A stretch of DNA of 64,000 bases, taken from the NCBI GenBank assembly GCA_903851045.1, contig CAINNF010000015.1, positions 32,644 to 96,643 on the forward strand, written 5' to 3'. Positions 48,795 through 58,036 of this stretch are shown here, piece after piece; within the stretch, counting starts at the first letter, position 1, and each line of letters begins with the position of its first letter. The notes below the pieces were generated by a model, which had not been told where the DNA came from, made no database searches, and saw nothing but the letters and a program-made list of their open reading frames with translations. This DNA comes from Candidatus Adlerbacteria bacterium (GTDB taxonomy: Bacteria; Patescibacteriota; Minisyncoccia; Phycocordibacterales; SBAW01). The translations under genes and the position numbers were made by a program.

Positions 48795-48869
48795 ACGTTA
48801 TTCTATTATTGGTAACTTGCCCATACAGTATACCCTCCCTCTTTTGGAATATCCACACGAACGAGCTCC

Positions 48870-49619
48870 TTATTCGTTGATGAAATATATCGTCTCGACC
48901 TTCGGACCGACCCAGGTGGTACTTCCGTCACCGGTCACGAAGAATGTCGGTCCAAGATACTGCGGTGTACGATGCGTCAACAGGTCGAACACCGCCTTCA
49001 TCGTCGCCGGTATCTCACGCAGCGCGTTCAAAAGATACGAATCGGTTGGACCGGATGCATCGAGTCCGACCGCCGACACGCCGAGCACGTCGGCAATGAA
49101 CAACGCACGCGGTAAATGGAAGCGTTGCGAGGTTATGATCATCGAACGCACGCCAAAGATCGTCTTCGCACGATACAGACTGCTATAGGTATCGAATCCG
49201 GCATAGTCAAGAAAGACGTCCGCCACCGGGACCCCCCTACTGATGAGATACTTTCCTACCGGATACACTTCATCATAGGCGAGCGTTGAATTGTCCCCAC
49301 TGACCAATATCTTGGAGACTTTGTGTGCCTCATAGAGCGCAATAGCTGCGTCCGCTCGCTCTTTCAGTACTAACGAAAGTGCGCCGTTGGAACGTATCGA
49401 GGCGCCAAGCACCAGCGCCACCTGCTCGCTCGGCACGTCAAGGATCGTCGCATAGATGCGATGCGTGGTTACGCCAACTACCCACAGGACGATACACAAC
49501 ATCACCGCGATGACCACGACGAAACAAAGGACACCGGCTTGCAACAGGGTACGCAGCATATATCTACACCGTTCAGTATATATGGTCTCTCGGCGGCCAC
49601 ATACCGCGCAACTATCCAC
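48870..49619 (-). CDS. SanA/YdcF (DUF218) family membrane protein
   Basis: N-terminal TM helix and a DUF218-like core (VALVLGAS...ILVSGDNSTLAYDEVYPVGKYL...MIITSQRFHLPRA). Confidence 0.65.
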   Translation of the reverse strand: MDSCAVCGRRETIYTERCRYMLRTLLQAGVLCFVVVIAVMLCIVLWVVGVTTHRIYATILDVPSEQVALVLGASIRSNGALSLVLKERADAAIALYEAHKVSKILVSGDNSTLAYDEVYPVGKYLISRGVPVADVFLDYAGFDTYSSLYRAKTIFGVRSMIITSQRFHLPRALFIADVLGVSAVGLDASGPTDSYLLNALREIPATMKAVFDLLTHRTPQYLGPTFFVTGDGSTTWVGPKVETIYFINE

Positions 49620-49711
49620 AAACGATTCGTTGACGTGACCCTCCGTTGTTGCTACGGTTATGAGTGGACGTACATCGATAGCCCCTCGTCCGGGCGTTGA
49701 AAAGGAGGTAG

Positions 49712-50335
49712 GTGTTGAGACGTTTTCGTTGGATCGCCATGACGGCGATTTTTATCGTTATATGCAGTGCGCTCGCTCCACCAGCTACAGCTCGGAGCGA
49801 TCCGCACACGTTCTTCGTGCACTCCGTATCGGGAGAACAAGGGGATAAAGAAAGATTCCTCATCTTCTTGGAGCAAGAACTTAGGGACCCACTGTTGACC
49901 GTTGAGACCTTCAACCGATACTTTGGGACTTACCTTGGGTTCACGGTCACCTCGGTGACAGACCTCATAGAGCACTTGCGCGGGCAAGACTTCCACATGG
50001 TGCGCTGCGAAGGCGCAGCACACGACTACGGCATCACCGACGGCGGGTTCCTCACGATCGTTGAACGTGATTGTTATCGTGGCGAGTATATGCTCGTGCA
50101 CGTGCCGACAGGATTGCGAGTGTTTTTCGGCACATGTGGGAATGTGCAGGTAGCACCGCTTCCGCTCCCCCCACCTTCGCCATCACGGCGACCGACCAGG
50201 GTAAGTAGGACCACCATCATTACGTGCGGGTTCCGTGTCTTGTTCGGTTGTCATGAAGGGCGATTGGTCGACTATTGGGACGCGGGTCCTGACGACCAAG
50301 AACTGCGCGTGGCAACTTCACGACCTCTCGACTGA
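49712..50335 (+). CDS. Secreted hypothetical protein (207 aa)
   Basis: GTG start with AAAGGAGG SD. Signal peptide. Pro-rich C-terminal region. Confidence 0.45.
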   Translation: MLRRFRWIAMTAIFIVICSALAPPATARSDPHTFFVHSVSGEQGDKERFLIFLEQELRDPLLTVETFNRYFGTYLGFTVTSVTDLIEHLRGQDFHMVRCEGAAHDYGITDGGFLTIVERDCYRGEYMLVHVPTGLRVFFGTCGNVQVAPLPLPPPSPSRRPTRVSRTTIITCGFRVLFGCHEGRLVDYWDAGPDDQELRVATSRPLD

Positions 50336-50358
50336 CGCATAGCAAAGGATATAGAGAC

Positions 50359-50868
50359 GTGTGTACGACAAAGCTTCTCAGGCTGGTCTCAGCCCTGAGC
50401 CTGGCAGTGACATTGGCCGCTTGTGCGACCGATCAAACACAAGTCGTTGCCGATGCACCAGATGGCAGCAGAACGGTCATCAACTTCGTTCAACGGGTGA
50501 ACCCGGTGGCGCAGGACCTTTCGGTGATCACCGTTCAGCATTGTGGTAAGCCGCCGTTCGAAAGATGTTCTCTGGTGAGCGTCGACAACAGCACAGAACG
50601 CGGGTTCGCTGGTGCTGTGTTCGAAGGTACCGGACCGGCCGCCGCTTTGGCGCTCGGAGGTGCAATCGGGCTGTCGAACTTGCGTCCGGCTCGTACGAAC
50701 ATCCAACAGAGCGGGTCTATCACCGGCGGCAACACTTCTTCTGCCGCAGAAGCAAGGTCTGCCTCGAGTTCTAACTCGTCGGTGACGTCGGGGTCCGACC
50801 CCACCCTGAGCGCGGGTTCTGGGGGTGGATCGGGTGCTTCATCAGGGGTGCAAGTCTACCAGCCGTGA
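50359..50868 (+). CDS. Putative lipoprotein with a Ser/Gly-rich tail
   Basis: LAAC lipobox after the signal peptide. Low-complexity C-terminus. Confidence 0.45.
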   Translation: MCTTKLLRLVSALSLAVTLAACATDQTQVVADAPDGSRTVINFVQRVNPVAQDLSVITVQHCGKPPFERCSLVSVDNSTERGFAGAVFEGTGPAAALALGGAIGLSNLRPARTNIQQSGSITGGNTSSAAEARSASSSNSSVTSGSDPTLSAGSGGGSGASSGVQVYQP

Positions 50869-51004
50869 ATAACGGGATCACGGCAGGTGGTACGAGTGTG
50901 TGGTTAGTATAGGCATACCAGCCTTCTAACAACAGGGCGGGCCGCAACAAGCGACTCGCCCTTTCTACTACCCCACCCATGGCGTATCGAACGACTTGCG
51001 CGTT

Positions 51005-51679
51005 TTAATACTCGTCCAGAGGGATGACTTCTGTAAGCTCGGTTTGTGGTGCAGGAATGACACACAACACTCTTCCCGCGATCTTAAAATCCTCTTTCAA
51101 GATGATGGGCTTGAATCGTGGGTCTCGAGACTCGGGCCACAGGATGGTCATACCGTCTCTGCGTTCAAGCCGCTTGACGGTCACCATGTCGTTGACTATC
51201 GCGGCGACGCGGTCACCGTTCTGCGCCTGGTCGGTGAAGCGAATGAGCACATAGTCGCCCGTGTTGATACCGGCATCGTTCATCGAGTCGCCTATGGCGC
51301 GCACGGCGACGATGCCACCGTCCTCCTCATCGACGATACGCTTGTCGACCTCGATATATTCATCGCACTTCTCCTGCGCGAAGACGGAAAGGTCGTCGCA
51401 GCCGACGTTGGCGAGCACCGGGATGGACACCGTGCCCCACGCGCCGTCGACGTTTCGGAGTTCGATATTGCGTTTGAACCCGCGATGACGAACGATGTAT
51501 CCCTTTTCCTCGAGCGTCTCGAGATACTGTGTGACCGTGCGAAGCGAAGCAAAGCCCAAGGTCGTACGAAGCTGCTCAAGCGTCGGCGAAACCTCTTTTA
51601 CTGCTAAATGGTCCTTCACAGCGTCAAGCACACGCTGCTGTTTGTATGTTAGTGCTCTATTCATATGTGTATGATACAC
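51005..51679 (-). CDS. lexA: LexA repressor
   Basis: N-terminal wHTH and a C-terminal S24 peptidase domain (GDSM...K dyad, AIVNDMVTVKRL). The start may be the internal MNRALT. Confidence 0.85.
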   Translation of the reverse strand: MYHTHMNRALTYKQQRVLDAVKDHLAVKEVSPTLEQLRTTLGFASLRTVTQYLETLEEKGYIVRHRGFKRNIELRNVDGAWGTVSIPVLANVGCDDLSVFAQEKCDEYIEVDKRIVDEEDGGIVAVRAIGDSMNDAGINTGDYVLIRFTDQAQNGDRVAAIVNDMVTVKRLERRDGMTILWPESRDPRFKPIILKEDFKIAGRVLCVIPAPQTELTEVIPLDEY

Positions 51680-51721
51680 CCACCTTTTTGTGTATCAATA
51701 CACACGATACACACATTGTGT
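51667..51721. promoter_or_regulatory. Cluster of GTGTAT-N1-2-ATACAC / ACACA-T-TGTGT palindromes at the lexA 5' end; candidate LexA operators
   Basis: GTGTATgATACAC (51667-51679), GTGTATcaATACAC (51690-51703), ACACAtTGTGT (51711-51721), all immediately upstream of or overlapping the lexA start. Confidence 0.35.
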
Positions 51722-51749
51722 GGATAACCACATTTGGCGGCTCTTGTGC

Positions 51750-52040
51750 TCACACCTCCTCGTCGTCCTCTTCATCCTCCTCATCGTCGGACATGATCAG
51801 GTCCTTCGTTTGGATCGGGCTTTGGATGAACGGGGACCATTCGGCGTTGATGGTGCCGAAATTCTTCTCGTACTCCCCTACTTGGTGGGCGAGGTACTGC
51901 GAAAGCCGCTTCATGTGCTGCGGCGTGAGCGCGAAGAAGGATGCTCCGTCGCCGTTGAGCATGCCCATGACGAACAGCTCCTGCGAAAGCCCGATGACGA
52001 CGTTTTCACAAAATTGCTTGGTGACCTTGTTGAGATCCAT
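51750..52040 (-). CDS. Hypothetical protein with a poly-acidic C-terminal tail (96 aa)
   Basis: ORF between the ygjP-like gene and lexA. Ends ...MSDDEEDEEDDEEV. Confidence 0.4.
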   Translation of the reverse strand: MDLNKVTKQFCENVVIGLSQELFVMGMLNGDGASFFALTPQHMKRLSQYLAHQVGEYEKNFGTINAEWSPFIQSPIQTKDLIMSDDEEDEEDDEEV

Positions 52041-52056
52041 AGATAGTGGCGTGAGA

Positions 52057-52455
52057 CTAATAATCGTTCATAAGACTACCAAATATGGAGCGTACGACAA
52101 CCGGTCGACGTCGCTCGATCGTACGCAGCGCTTGACGAAGCGACCGGTGGTTCGGTAGCACTTCGGCGACCGCGCACCAGAACTTCGGTGAGTGATTGAA
52201 CTCACGCAGGTGACACAGTTCGTGCACGATGACGTAGTCGACAAGTTCCGACGGCAGGAACACAAGTTTGTAGTTGAAATTGAGATTCCCCCGCTCCGAA
52301 CAGCTCCCCCAGCGAGACTTCAGGTTTTTGATGAAGACCTTGCGGATGGGTAGTTGGTAGTATTGGTTGTGTTGAGCGAGACGTGCATGCACGAGTGCAC
52401 GCGCCGCTTCTTTATGTGCGAGATACTGTCGCCGATCGCGTCGTCGAAAGAACAT
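52057..52455 (-). CDS. M48/YgjP-family (DUF45) zinc metallohydrolase
   Basis: WGSCS...VIVHELCHL (HExxH) signature of the YgjP/SprT-like family. Confidence 0.7.
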   Translation of the reverse strand: MFFRRRDRRQYLAHKEAARALVHARLAQHNQYYQLPIRKVFIKNLKSRWGSCSERGNLNFNYKLVFLPSELVDYVIVHELCHLREFNHSPKFWCAVAEVLPNHRSLRQALRTIERRRPVVVRSIFGSLMNDY

Positions 52456-52463
52456 GGTGCAGG

Positions 52464-53453
52464 TTACAGTCCGAGCACAATCGACTCACGAATCTTATCG
52501 AACTGCGCAAGGAGCGCTGCCTTGTCGAATTCCTTCACGGTGCCCGACGTGTAATTACCGATGTTGGTCGAGTGGATAAAGTACCGTACCGCGGTGCAGA
52601 CGGACGACCCCTGGATCGCATACACGGTCTCATCGTAGAAGTTCCCTGCCCCGGCGTCGCTGAGATGCGCGACCTGGTAGGTCACCCCACCATCGGTCAC
52701 TGTCTTCTCGGTCGAGGATGCGGAAAGAAAATCGTTCGGGGAACAGGTGGTGTTCTGGGGCAGTTGTTCGATCGACACGCCCGTATCGAAGCCGGAGAGG
52801 TTCGTCCCCTGGTAGAGCGCAGAGGGAATGGTGAACTTCACCCCAGAGATTGGTGCCTGATCAGGGCCGCGCTGTGTGTACGTATACCCAAGTTGCACGC
52901 CGTACTCGCTTGGGTAGCGTACCGATATACCCATCGTCGAGGAGGCGAACGTACCCCAATTCTCGACGCCCGGTAGAGCACTCGCGCTGATACAACCCGT
53001 GTATGTCTGGTTCTGCGACGCTCCCTCTTCGATGAAAGCAGTGTTGCCTTTATTCCAAAAAACAAGCGATTCGTCCGCGTTGGCATACCGGACACCTGAA
53101 CCCGAGATGGTCTGTGGCAGTGTCATCGAGCGCCCATCGCTCAGCACGAGAAAGATACTCCCCGTCGGGGTCGGCATGACATCGGGCAATTGTGTCGGAG
53201 GATTCTTCAGGTCGAAAAAGGTGGCCGTAATCGTCTTCCCTCCATCGCAGGTGTACGTCGCCTGGCCGACCTGTTTTGTCCCACCGTTGGAAGTCGTCGT
53301 CGCCACGTTCGACCCCAAGAATGTGGCAACGTACGGCGAGTTCCGTCCATCCCACAGAAGCACCCCCACAAGAACCAGAATGACCAGCACGATACCGACG
53401 AGTAGTGTCGTGCGTTGTGTGCGTCCGCTCGTTGTTCTGTTCGTTGGTGACAT
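52464..53453 (-). CDS. Membrane-anchored secreted protein with an MliC-like N-terminal domain (hypothetical)
   Basis: TM anchor. The ATYTCDGGKTITATF segment resembles the MliC/lysozyme-inhibitor fold. The rest is unknown. Confidence 0.45.
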   Translation of the reverse strand: MSPTNRTTSGRTQRTTLLVGIVLVILVLVGVLLWDGRNSPYVATFLGSNVATTTSNGGTKQVGQATYTCDGGKTITATFFDLKNPPTQLPDVMPTPTGSIFLVLSDGRSMTLPQTISGSGVRYANADESLVFWNKGNTAFIEEGASQNQTYTGCISASALPGVENWGTFASSTMGISVRYPSEYGVQLGYTYTQRGPDQAPISGVKFTIPSALYQGTNLSGFDTGVSIEQLPQNTTCSPNDFLSASSTEKTVTDGGVTYQVAHLSDAGAGNFYDETVYAIQGSSVCTAVRYFIHSTNIGNYTSGTVKEFDKAALLAQFDKIRESIVLGL

Positions 53454-53462
53454 GGTGAAGTT

Positions 53463-53729
53463 TTATTGTACCACCGGAGTCGTCGTTCCTGCAGGTATGT
53501 CTGTTGTGCTCGTAGCTGCTCGACTTGGTTGATAGTCCGGACCGTTCGGGTCGGTATTCACTTGTGTCTGTCCACTTGGCACCACGGACGTGTCGGCGGA
53601 GCTTGTTGTCGGAGAGATCACCGGAGTGGCATATTCGCTTGAGGAAATGCTTTGCGCCCACACGTACCATCCCAGACCAAGGAGCACGAGCACGAGCACC
53701 AAGATCCAAACCATAGAGGATGTTCTCAT
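53463..53729 (-). CDS. Small membrane protein with a Ser/Thr/Pro-rich tail
   Basis: A single TM helix. Confidence 0.35.
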   Translation of the reverse strand: MRTSSMVWILVLVLVLLGLGWYVWAQSISSSEYATPVISPTTSSADTSVVPSGQTQVNTDPNGPDYQPSRAATSTTDIPAGTTTPVVQ

Positions 53730-53774
53730 AGCATATCGAGAGGTGGGTGAATATACCCTGAGTATACCACGCGA

Positions 53775-54401
53775 CTACTGGAGCGTGGCGTACACCACCA
53801 GACGGTGATCATATGTCTTTTTACCAGAGATCCACACACCATCACAGGTAATGATGACAAGGTGTGCTGCGTCGTCTGAGTGAAAGATGGTGTCGGTCGG
53901 CACCGCATCATACGGATACGCTTCTGTCCGATCGACACCATAGGTGTACGTGGTGCCGTCTTTCGTCGTAACGAGTATATGCGCACCTATGGCGATATCT
54001 CCCAAATGCTTGAAGACACCATCAAGACCGAACCCGTTGTCGACATGACCGTCGAAGACCGCGCTCCCGATGTGACCGGGACTCGTCCCACCCTTATACC
54101 ACGCCACGTCTGTGTAGTTGGTCGGCACGGCCATGTTGCCGGTCTTCCCGACCCCGACCGCCTGCACGTTCGCTGCAACACCAAGCGACGGGATCGAGAG
54201 TCGTACCGGCCACGAATCAGGTGTCGACACAGCTTTCGTTGTGGATGAGAAAGGCGAGAAAAAGGTCGGCACTGAAAAGACCCCTTCCTCAGGGGCATAC
54301 CATACCGCGCGAACGAGCGTTACCGAGAATACGATACATCCCGCTACGATAGCGAGGATCGCGAGCGTGTGTTTGATGATAGGTGACATACGTAGATACA
54401 A
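53775..54401 (-). CDS. Sortase (class F-like), second copy
   Basis: TM anchor, LSIPSLGVAANV, SAVFDGHV His region, LVIITCDG catalytic Cys. Confidence 0.75.
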   Translation of the reverse strand: MYLRMSPIIKHTLAILAIVAGCIVFSVTLVRAVWYAPEEGVFSVPTFFSPFSSTTKAVSTPDSWPVRLSIPSLGVAANVQAVGVGKTGNMAVPTNYTDVAWYKGGTSPGHIGSAVFDGHVDNGFGLDGVFKHLGDIAIGAHILVTTKDGTTYTYGVDRTEAYPYDAVPTDTIFHSDDAAHLVIITCDGVWISGKKTYDHRLVVYATLQ

Positions 54402-54458
54402 GATACGAAAACGGCCTCGCCACAGTATACGTGAACGAGACCGTTCTCTGAAAGTCCG

Positions 54459-54797
54459 CTAGCGAGTAACTCGTTGGCGGAACAGGTAGGTTGCGCCCAA
54501 GGCGACGCAAAGCGCTGATGCGACGAGCAGAAGCTCGTTCGTTGTCGCTTCACCGCCGGCACCCGTGTTCGGCGTGTTCGGCGTGACGACGGTACTCTTC
54601 GTACCAGTCGCCGCGGTCGTCGTCACCGACGCGACAGGCGCTGCTGAGACGACAGCCGCCGTAGAGGTAGCTCCGGTACCTGCGGTCGTACCGGTGGTGG
54701 TACTCGTTTGTGCGAACGCAAGACTCGCGCCGCTCAAAAGGAGCGCGGTCGCAACGATCGCAGAAGCACTGATCCGTGTTGTGTGCATATGAATCAA
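54459..54797 (-). CDS. Secreted Thr/Ala-rich protein with a C-terminal TPNTG sorting signal (putative substrate of the adjacent sortase)
   Basis: Signal peptide. The C-terminus reads ...VVTPNTPNTGAGGEATTNELLLVASALCVALGATYLFRQRVTR (motif, TM helix, basic tail). Confidence 0.55.
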   Translation of the reverse strand: MIHMHTTRISASAIVATALLLSGASLAFAQTSTTTGTTAGTGATSTAAVVSAAPVASVTTTAATGTKSTVVTPNTPNTGAGGEATTNELLLVASALCVALGATYLFRQRVTR

Positions 54798-54871
54798 TTC
54801 AGATTAGCTGCTCATACTCGACCCAAAAAGACTATAGAGGGTTCGGTCGGAAATGGCAATAGCCGAGACGG

Positions 54872-55078
54872 CTAGCGAGCGAGAGAAAGACACCGTAGGC
54901 ATTTTGCCTGGTTTCGGCGAGTCTTGAGATATCGATTGCCGCACTCGCATATCAAAATGGCTGTTTTATTGGGTTTTTCGATCCAATGGCCGTCCTGTTG
55001 GAAGGTCTTTCGAGGCTCGCGCAGAGGCGAATGCCGCTTTTCAGCCGGAGCATCTTGCTTTGCGTTGTTCTTAGGCAT
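54872..55078 (-). CDS. Possible small zinc-ribbon protein
   Basis: CxC-x14-CxxC (AILICECGNRYLKTRRNQAKCLRC). No SD. Confidence 0.2.
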   Translation of the reverse strand: MPKNNAKQDAPAEKRHSPLREPRKTFQQDGHWIEKPNKTAILICECGNRYLKTRRNQAKCLRCLSLAR

Positions 55079-55204
55079 GGGGCACAATACTAGCAAACAA
55101 TTGCACCATTGTCAAACCGTCGCGGTGCGCGGTTTTTACCGTATCTGCGGGCACGAGCGGACACCAGAGTTGCCCTTTCAGGCATTTTGGTCGATACTCT
55201 ACAC

Positions 55205-55603
55205 ATGGTCAGTGAACAACTGCTCTCGTACATAAAAGAGAATCTACAGGCTGGATTCTCGCGACACGACATAGAAGCTACGTTGCATACGGCCGGATGG
55301 ACTGACGCTGATGTGGCTGCAACGTTCGAAATGATCAAGCAAGCCAAGACCCTTACAGGAGCGGCACAAACGCCCGCCGTTTCACACGCTCAATCGATCG
55401 CGGACGCGGAAGTCGCTCGTATCCAAGAAGAGCTCCGGGTTGCGAATGCAAACAAACACACTCCCGGCACCACCGACGAAACAGGGATTGTCGGTTTTAT
55501 CATCAAAACGAACATGGCGACGACCAAGCAGGGAGCGCAGATACTGTTGGGCGTACTCGGTGTGGTCGTCCTCGCACTTCTGTATATGCTCTTTTTGCGC
55601 TAA
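55205..55603 (+). CDS. Hypothetical C-terminally anchored membrane protein
   Basis: Internal ATG (MVSEQLLSY...). C-terminal TM helix. Confidence 0.4.
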   Translation: MVSEQLLSYIKENLQAGFSRHDIEATLHTAGWTDADVAATFEMIKQAKTLTGAAQTPAVSHAQSIADAEVARIQEELRVANANKHTPGTTDETGIVGFIIKTNMATTKQGAQILLGVLGVVVLALLYMLFLR

Positions 55604-55609
55604 TCGGAG

Positions 55610-56224
55610 ATGTATGCCAAAGTGGCTACTATGAGCTCGCTACTTCCGTTGGTGCTTTCGTTCGGCTATGTAGGCCTGTGCCTACTCGTTTTCGCCGAAT
55701 CGGGGCTTTTTTTTGGTTTCTTCCTACCAGGAGACAGCGTGCTCTTTAGTGCAGGATTGCTTGCTGCGCACGGTACGCTCGATATCTGGGTACTGGTTCC
55801 GCTCATATGTGTCGCTGCGATACTCGGCGATAGCGTCGGCTACTGGTTCGGCGCTACGGTCGGACCCTCGCTGTTCACACGCGAAGATTCGTTCTTCTTT
55901 AAGAAAAGATACGTGCACGAGACCCATACGTTCTATGAAGCGTACGGGCCACAGGCGATTATACTTGCCCGTTTTATCCCAGTTGTCCGCACCTTCGCAC
56001 CGATACTCGCCGGTGTGGGCCGGATGCGATATACGACCTTTCTGCGATACAACATCGTCGGCGGGCTACTGTGGGGCGGGGGTGTCACGCTCCTTGGATA
56101 CTTCCTCGGCAACACGATCCCTCACATAGATGAGTATCTCTACCCCATCATCGCGGGTATCATCGTCGTCTCGGCCCTTCCGGTACTTATCTCGTTCGTC
56201 CGCGGCCGTCGGCGAACTACTTAG
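55610..56224 (+). CDS. DedA/SNARE-associated (VTT domain) membrane protein
   Basis: FLPGDSVLFSAG...ARFIPVVRTFAPILAGVGRMRY are DedA signature motifs. Confidence 0.8.
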   Translation: MYAKVATMSSLLPLVLSFGYVGLCLLVFAESGLFFGFFLPGDSVLFSAGLLAAHGTLDIWVLVPLICVAAILGDSVGYWFGATVGPSLFTREDSFFFKKRYVHETHTFYEAYGPQAIILARFIPVVRTFAPILAGVGRMRYTTFLRYNIVGGLLWGGGVTLLGYFLGNTIPHIDEYLYPIIAGIIVVSALPVLISFVRGRRRTT

Positions 56225-56939
56225 TGGTGTTTGGGTAGCCGGAAAACTCTTCAAACCGTACGTCGTCGCCACTCACACCGGCACTTTGGAGCATGGCGCG
56301 CATAGCGGTCACCATCGGCTCCGGGCCGGCGAGGTAGAACACGGGGCGCGTGTTGCCCACCACGTACTTTTGGAGCATCGACGCGGTGATATAGCCCGTC
56401 TCTCCGGTCCACACCTCCTGAGATTCCCCCGCATTCGTCATGGTCGGGACAAAAACGAACGTCGACGTGCGTAGCTCGCTCAATTCACGCAAAAAGGCCG
56501 CATCCTCAGGACGACGGTTCGAATAGAAGAGGTATATAGTATGCGGGAGACCACGTTCACGGGCGTCGAGGACCATCGAACGGAACGGCGTCACCCCGAT
56601 TCCGCCAGCCAAGAACACCGCCGGCCGGGTCGTATCTTCATGCAAACAGAACGACCCGAACGGTCCTTCGATCCGCACGGCGGCGCCGACAGGGAGACTT
56701 CCCAGCACTCGTTTGAACGCTGTGTCGCGCATGCGCATGGCGACCTGCAGATCCGCTTCGTGTGGTGCCGAGCACAGTGAATAGGCACGGGTGTTACCTT
56801 CGGCATCGGTCTCCGGCGGGTCCACAAGCGTCATATCTATCGATTGTCCGGCGGTGAACACAAACCCTTCGGGCTTCGTGAAGGAGAAGAGCATCGTCCC
56901 TTCGGCGATCGTTTGCTTTCCATGATAGATCGTTTGCAT
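56217..56939 (-). CDS. FNR-family FAD/NAD(P)-binding oxidoreductase
   Basis: RAYSL (RxYS FAD-binding motif) and GGIGVTP NAD(P)-binding motif. Confidence 0.7.
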   Translation of the reverse strand: MQTIYHGKQTIAEGTMLFSFTKPEGFVFTAGQSIDMTLVDPPETDAEGNTRAYSLCSAPHEADLQVAMRMRDTAFKRVLGSLPVGAAVRIEGPFGSFCLHEDTTRPAVFLAGGIGVTPFRSMVLDARERGLPHTIYLFYSNRRPEDAAFLRELSELRTSTFVFVPTMTNAGESQEVWTGETGYITASMLQKYVVGNTRPVFYLAGPEPMVTAMRAMLQSAGVSGDDVRFEEFSGYPNTTK

Positions 56940-56951
56940 GGCAGCTTTAGT

Positions 56952-57368
56952 TTACCAACCGTAATATGTATAGCCAGTGTTCGGATATACCGACGGTGGA
57001 TACTGCAGGTAGCCGTTGTTGTAGTATGGGTAGCCTTGTGCCGGACCATAGTAACTACTCTGATAGGTGTATGTCGATGCGTAATAGTACGACGTCGGCA
57101 CATACTGATATGGTACCGGCTGATACGATACGGGCTGTTGGTAGGTAGTATAGAACGGCTGATACTGCAGATAGTTCTGATACTGCGGGTTCACCGGATA
57201 TGGCTGGCAAGGATACGACGAGTAGTACGACCCACACCAATACGGCGCGGTCACATACTGTCGCTGTTCCATCCCCTGGTGCCCCCACGCGAACGAGACC
57301 GCCGGCACACACCCCACACCCAGTATAAGTAAAGAGATCGCCCACCGTTTCATATACGTTCTTTTCAT
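56952..57368 (-). CDS. Secreted Tyr/Gln/Pro-rich low-complexity protein
   Basis: Signal peptide MKRTYMKRWAISLLILGVGCVPAVSFA, then YQ/YP repeats. Ends ...VYPNTGYTYYGW. Confidence 0.45.
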   Translation of the reverse strand: MKRTYMKRWAISLLILGVGCVPAVSFAWGHQGMEQRQYVTAPYWCGSYYSSYPCQPYPVNPQYQNYLQYQPFYTTYQQPVSYQPVPYQYVPTSYYYASTYTYQSSYYGPAQGYPYYNNGYLQYPPSVYPNTGYTYYGW

Positions 57369-57426
57369 GCCCCCATAATGCTCCTTTTCGCTAAAAAAGC
57401 CAGTGAGGCCGCGAGCGAGCGCAGAG

Positions 57427-57936
57427 CTACTGCGGATCAACAATGACCACGCCGGTGTATGACGGATTGCCCACCAAGTTATAGTAGCCCCAGGTACCGG
57501 GATTATTGAACAAAAAATCGTAGGTACCACCCTTCCCAACCACCTGCTGTTGATCAAGTCCTACGTATTCGCTCGGTCCTTGTGTGAGCGTGTGTACACG
57601 CAGACCAAGATTCGAGGTGTTCACGAAATGCACCACCTGCCCTGCCTTGATATGCACGACTGCAGGCGAGAAGCCTTTCGACGTGTACTGTACCACAGCG
57701 GCATAGGCGGTCTTCGTCCTGTTCTGTACGGGTATCTTGGTGCTTTTGGTCGCACCGTTCGTCGCAGTGTCGGATGTCGTCCCCACCGTCGAACCCCCGC
57801 TCGAGGTGGCGGTTCCGTTCGTCGGCACAGGGGCAACGAGCACCTGGCTTGCCGAGCCTTGTAACAACCACACCACCGCCAAAACGATAACAATGAGTAT
57901 ACCGACAGCTATGTATGTAATCAGACGCTTGTTCAT
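57427..57936 (-). CDS. Membrane-anchored protein with a cupredoxin-like beta-sandwich domain (hypothetical)
   Basis: TM anchor, Thr/Ser linker, and a C-terminal all-beta segment (VVHIKAGQVVHFVNTSNLGLRVHT). Confidence 0.4.
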   Translation of the reverse strand: MNKRLITYIAVGILIVIVLAVVWLLQGSASQVLVAPVPTNGTATSSGGSTVGTTSDTATNGATKSTKIPVQNRTKTAYAAVVQYTSKGFSPAVVHIKAGQVVHFVNTSNLGLRVHTLTQGPSEYVGLDQQQVVGKGGTYDFLFNNPGTWGYYNLVGNPSYTGVVIVDPQ

Positions 57937-58036
57937 TCAAGTGATCCTTCGCGCACCGAGCGCATCGGTTCACGCATAGGCAGCATAACTCTCACGCGCC
58001 CTTAAGGCAATGGCGCGCCACACTCCTCGCGTACAC

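Noticed and set aside
56952-57557. Full-length 201-aa track ORF for the Tyr/Gln-rich protein (and similar N-terminal over-extensions at 6272-6727, 11037-11612, 19007-19513, 25030-25977, 30597-30926, 62153-62710)
   Set aside because: In each case the upstream portion is low-complexity or Arg-rich with no SD. An internal ATG with a good SD and/or a signal peptide gives a more plausible start. Features were called from the internal start.
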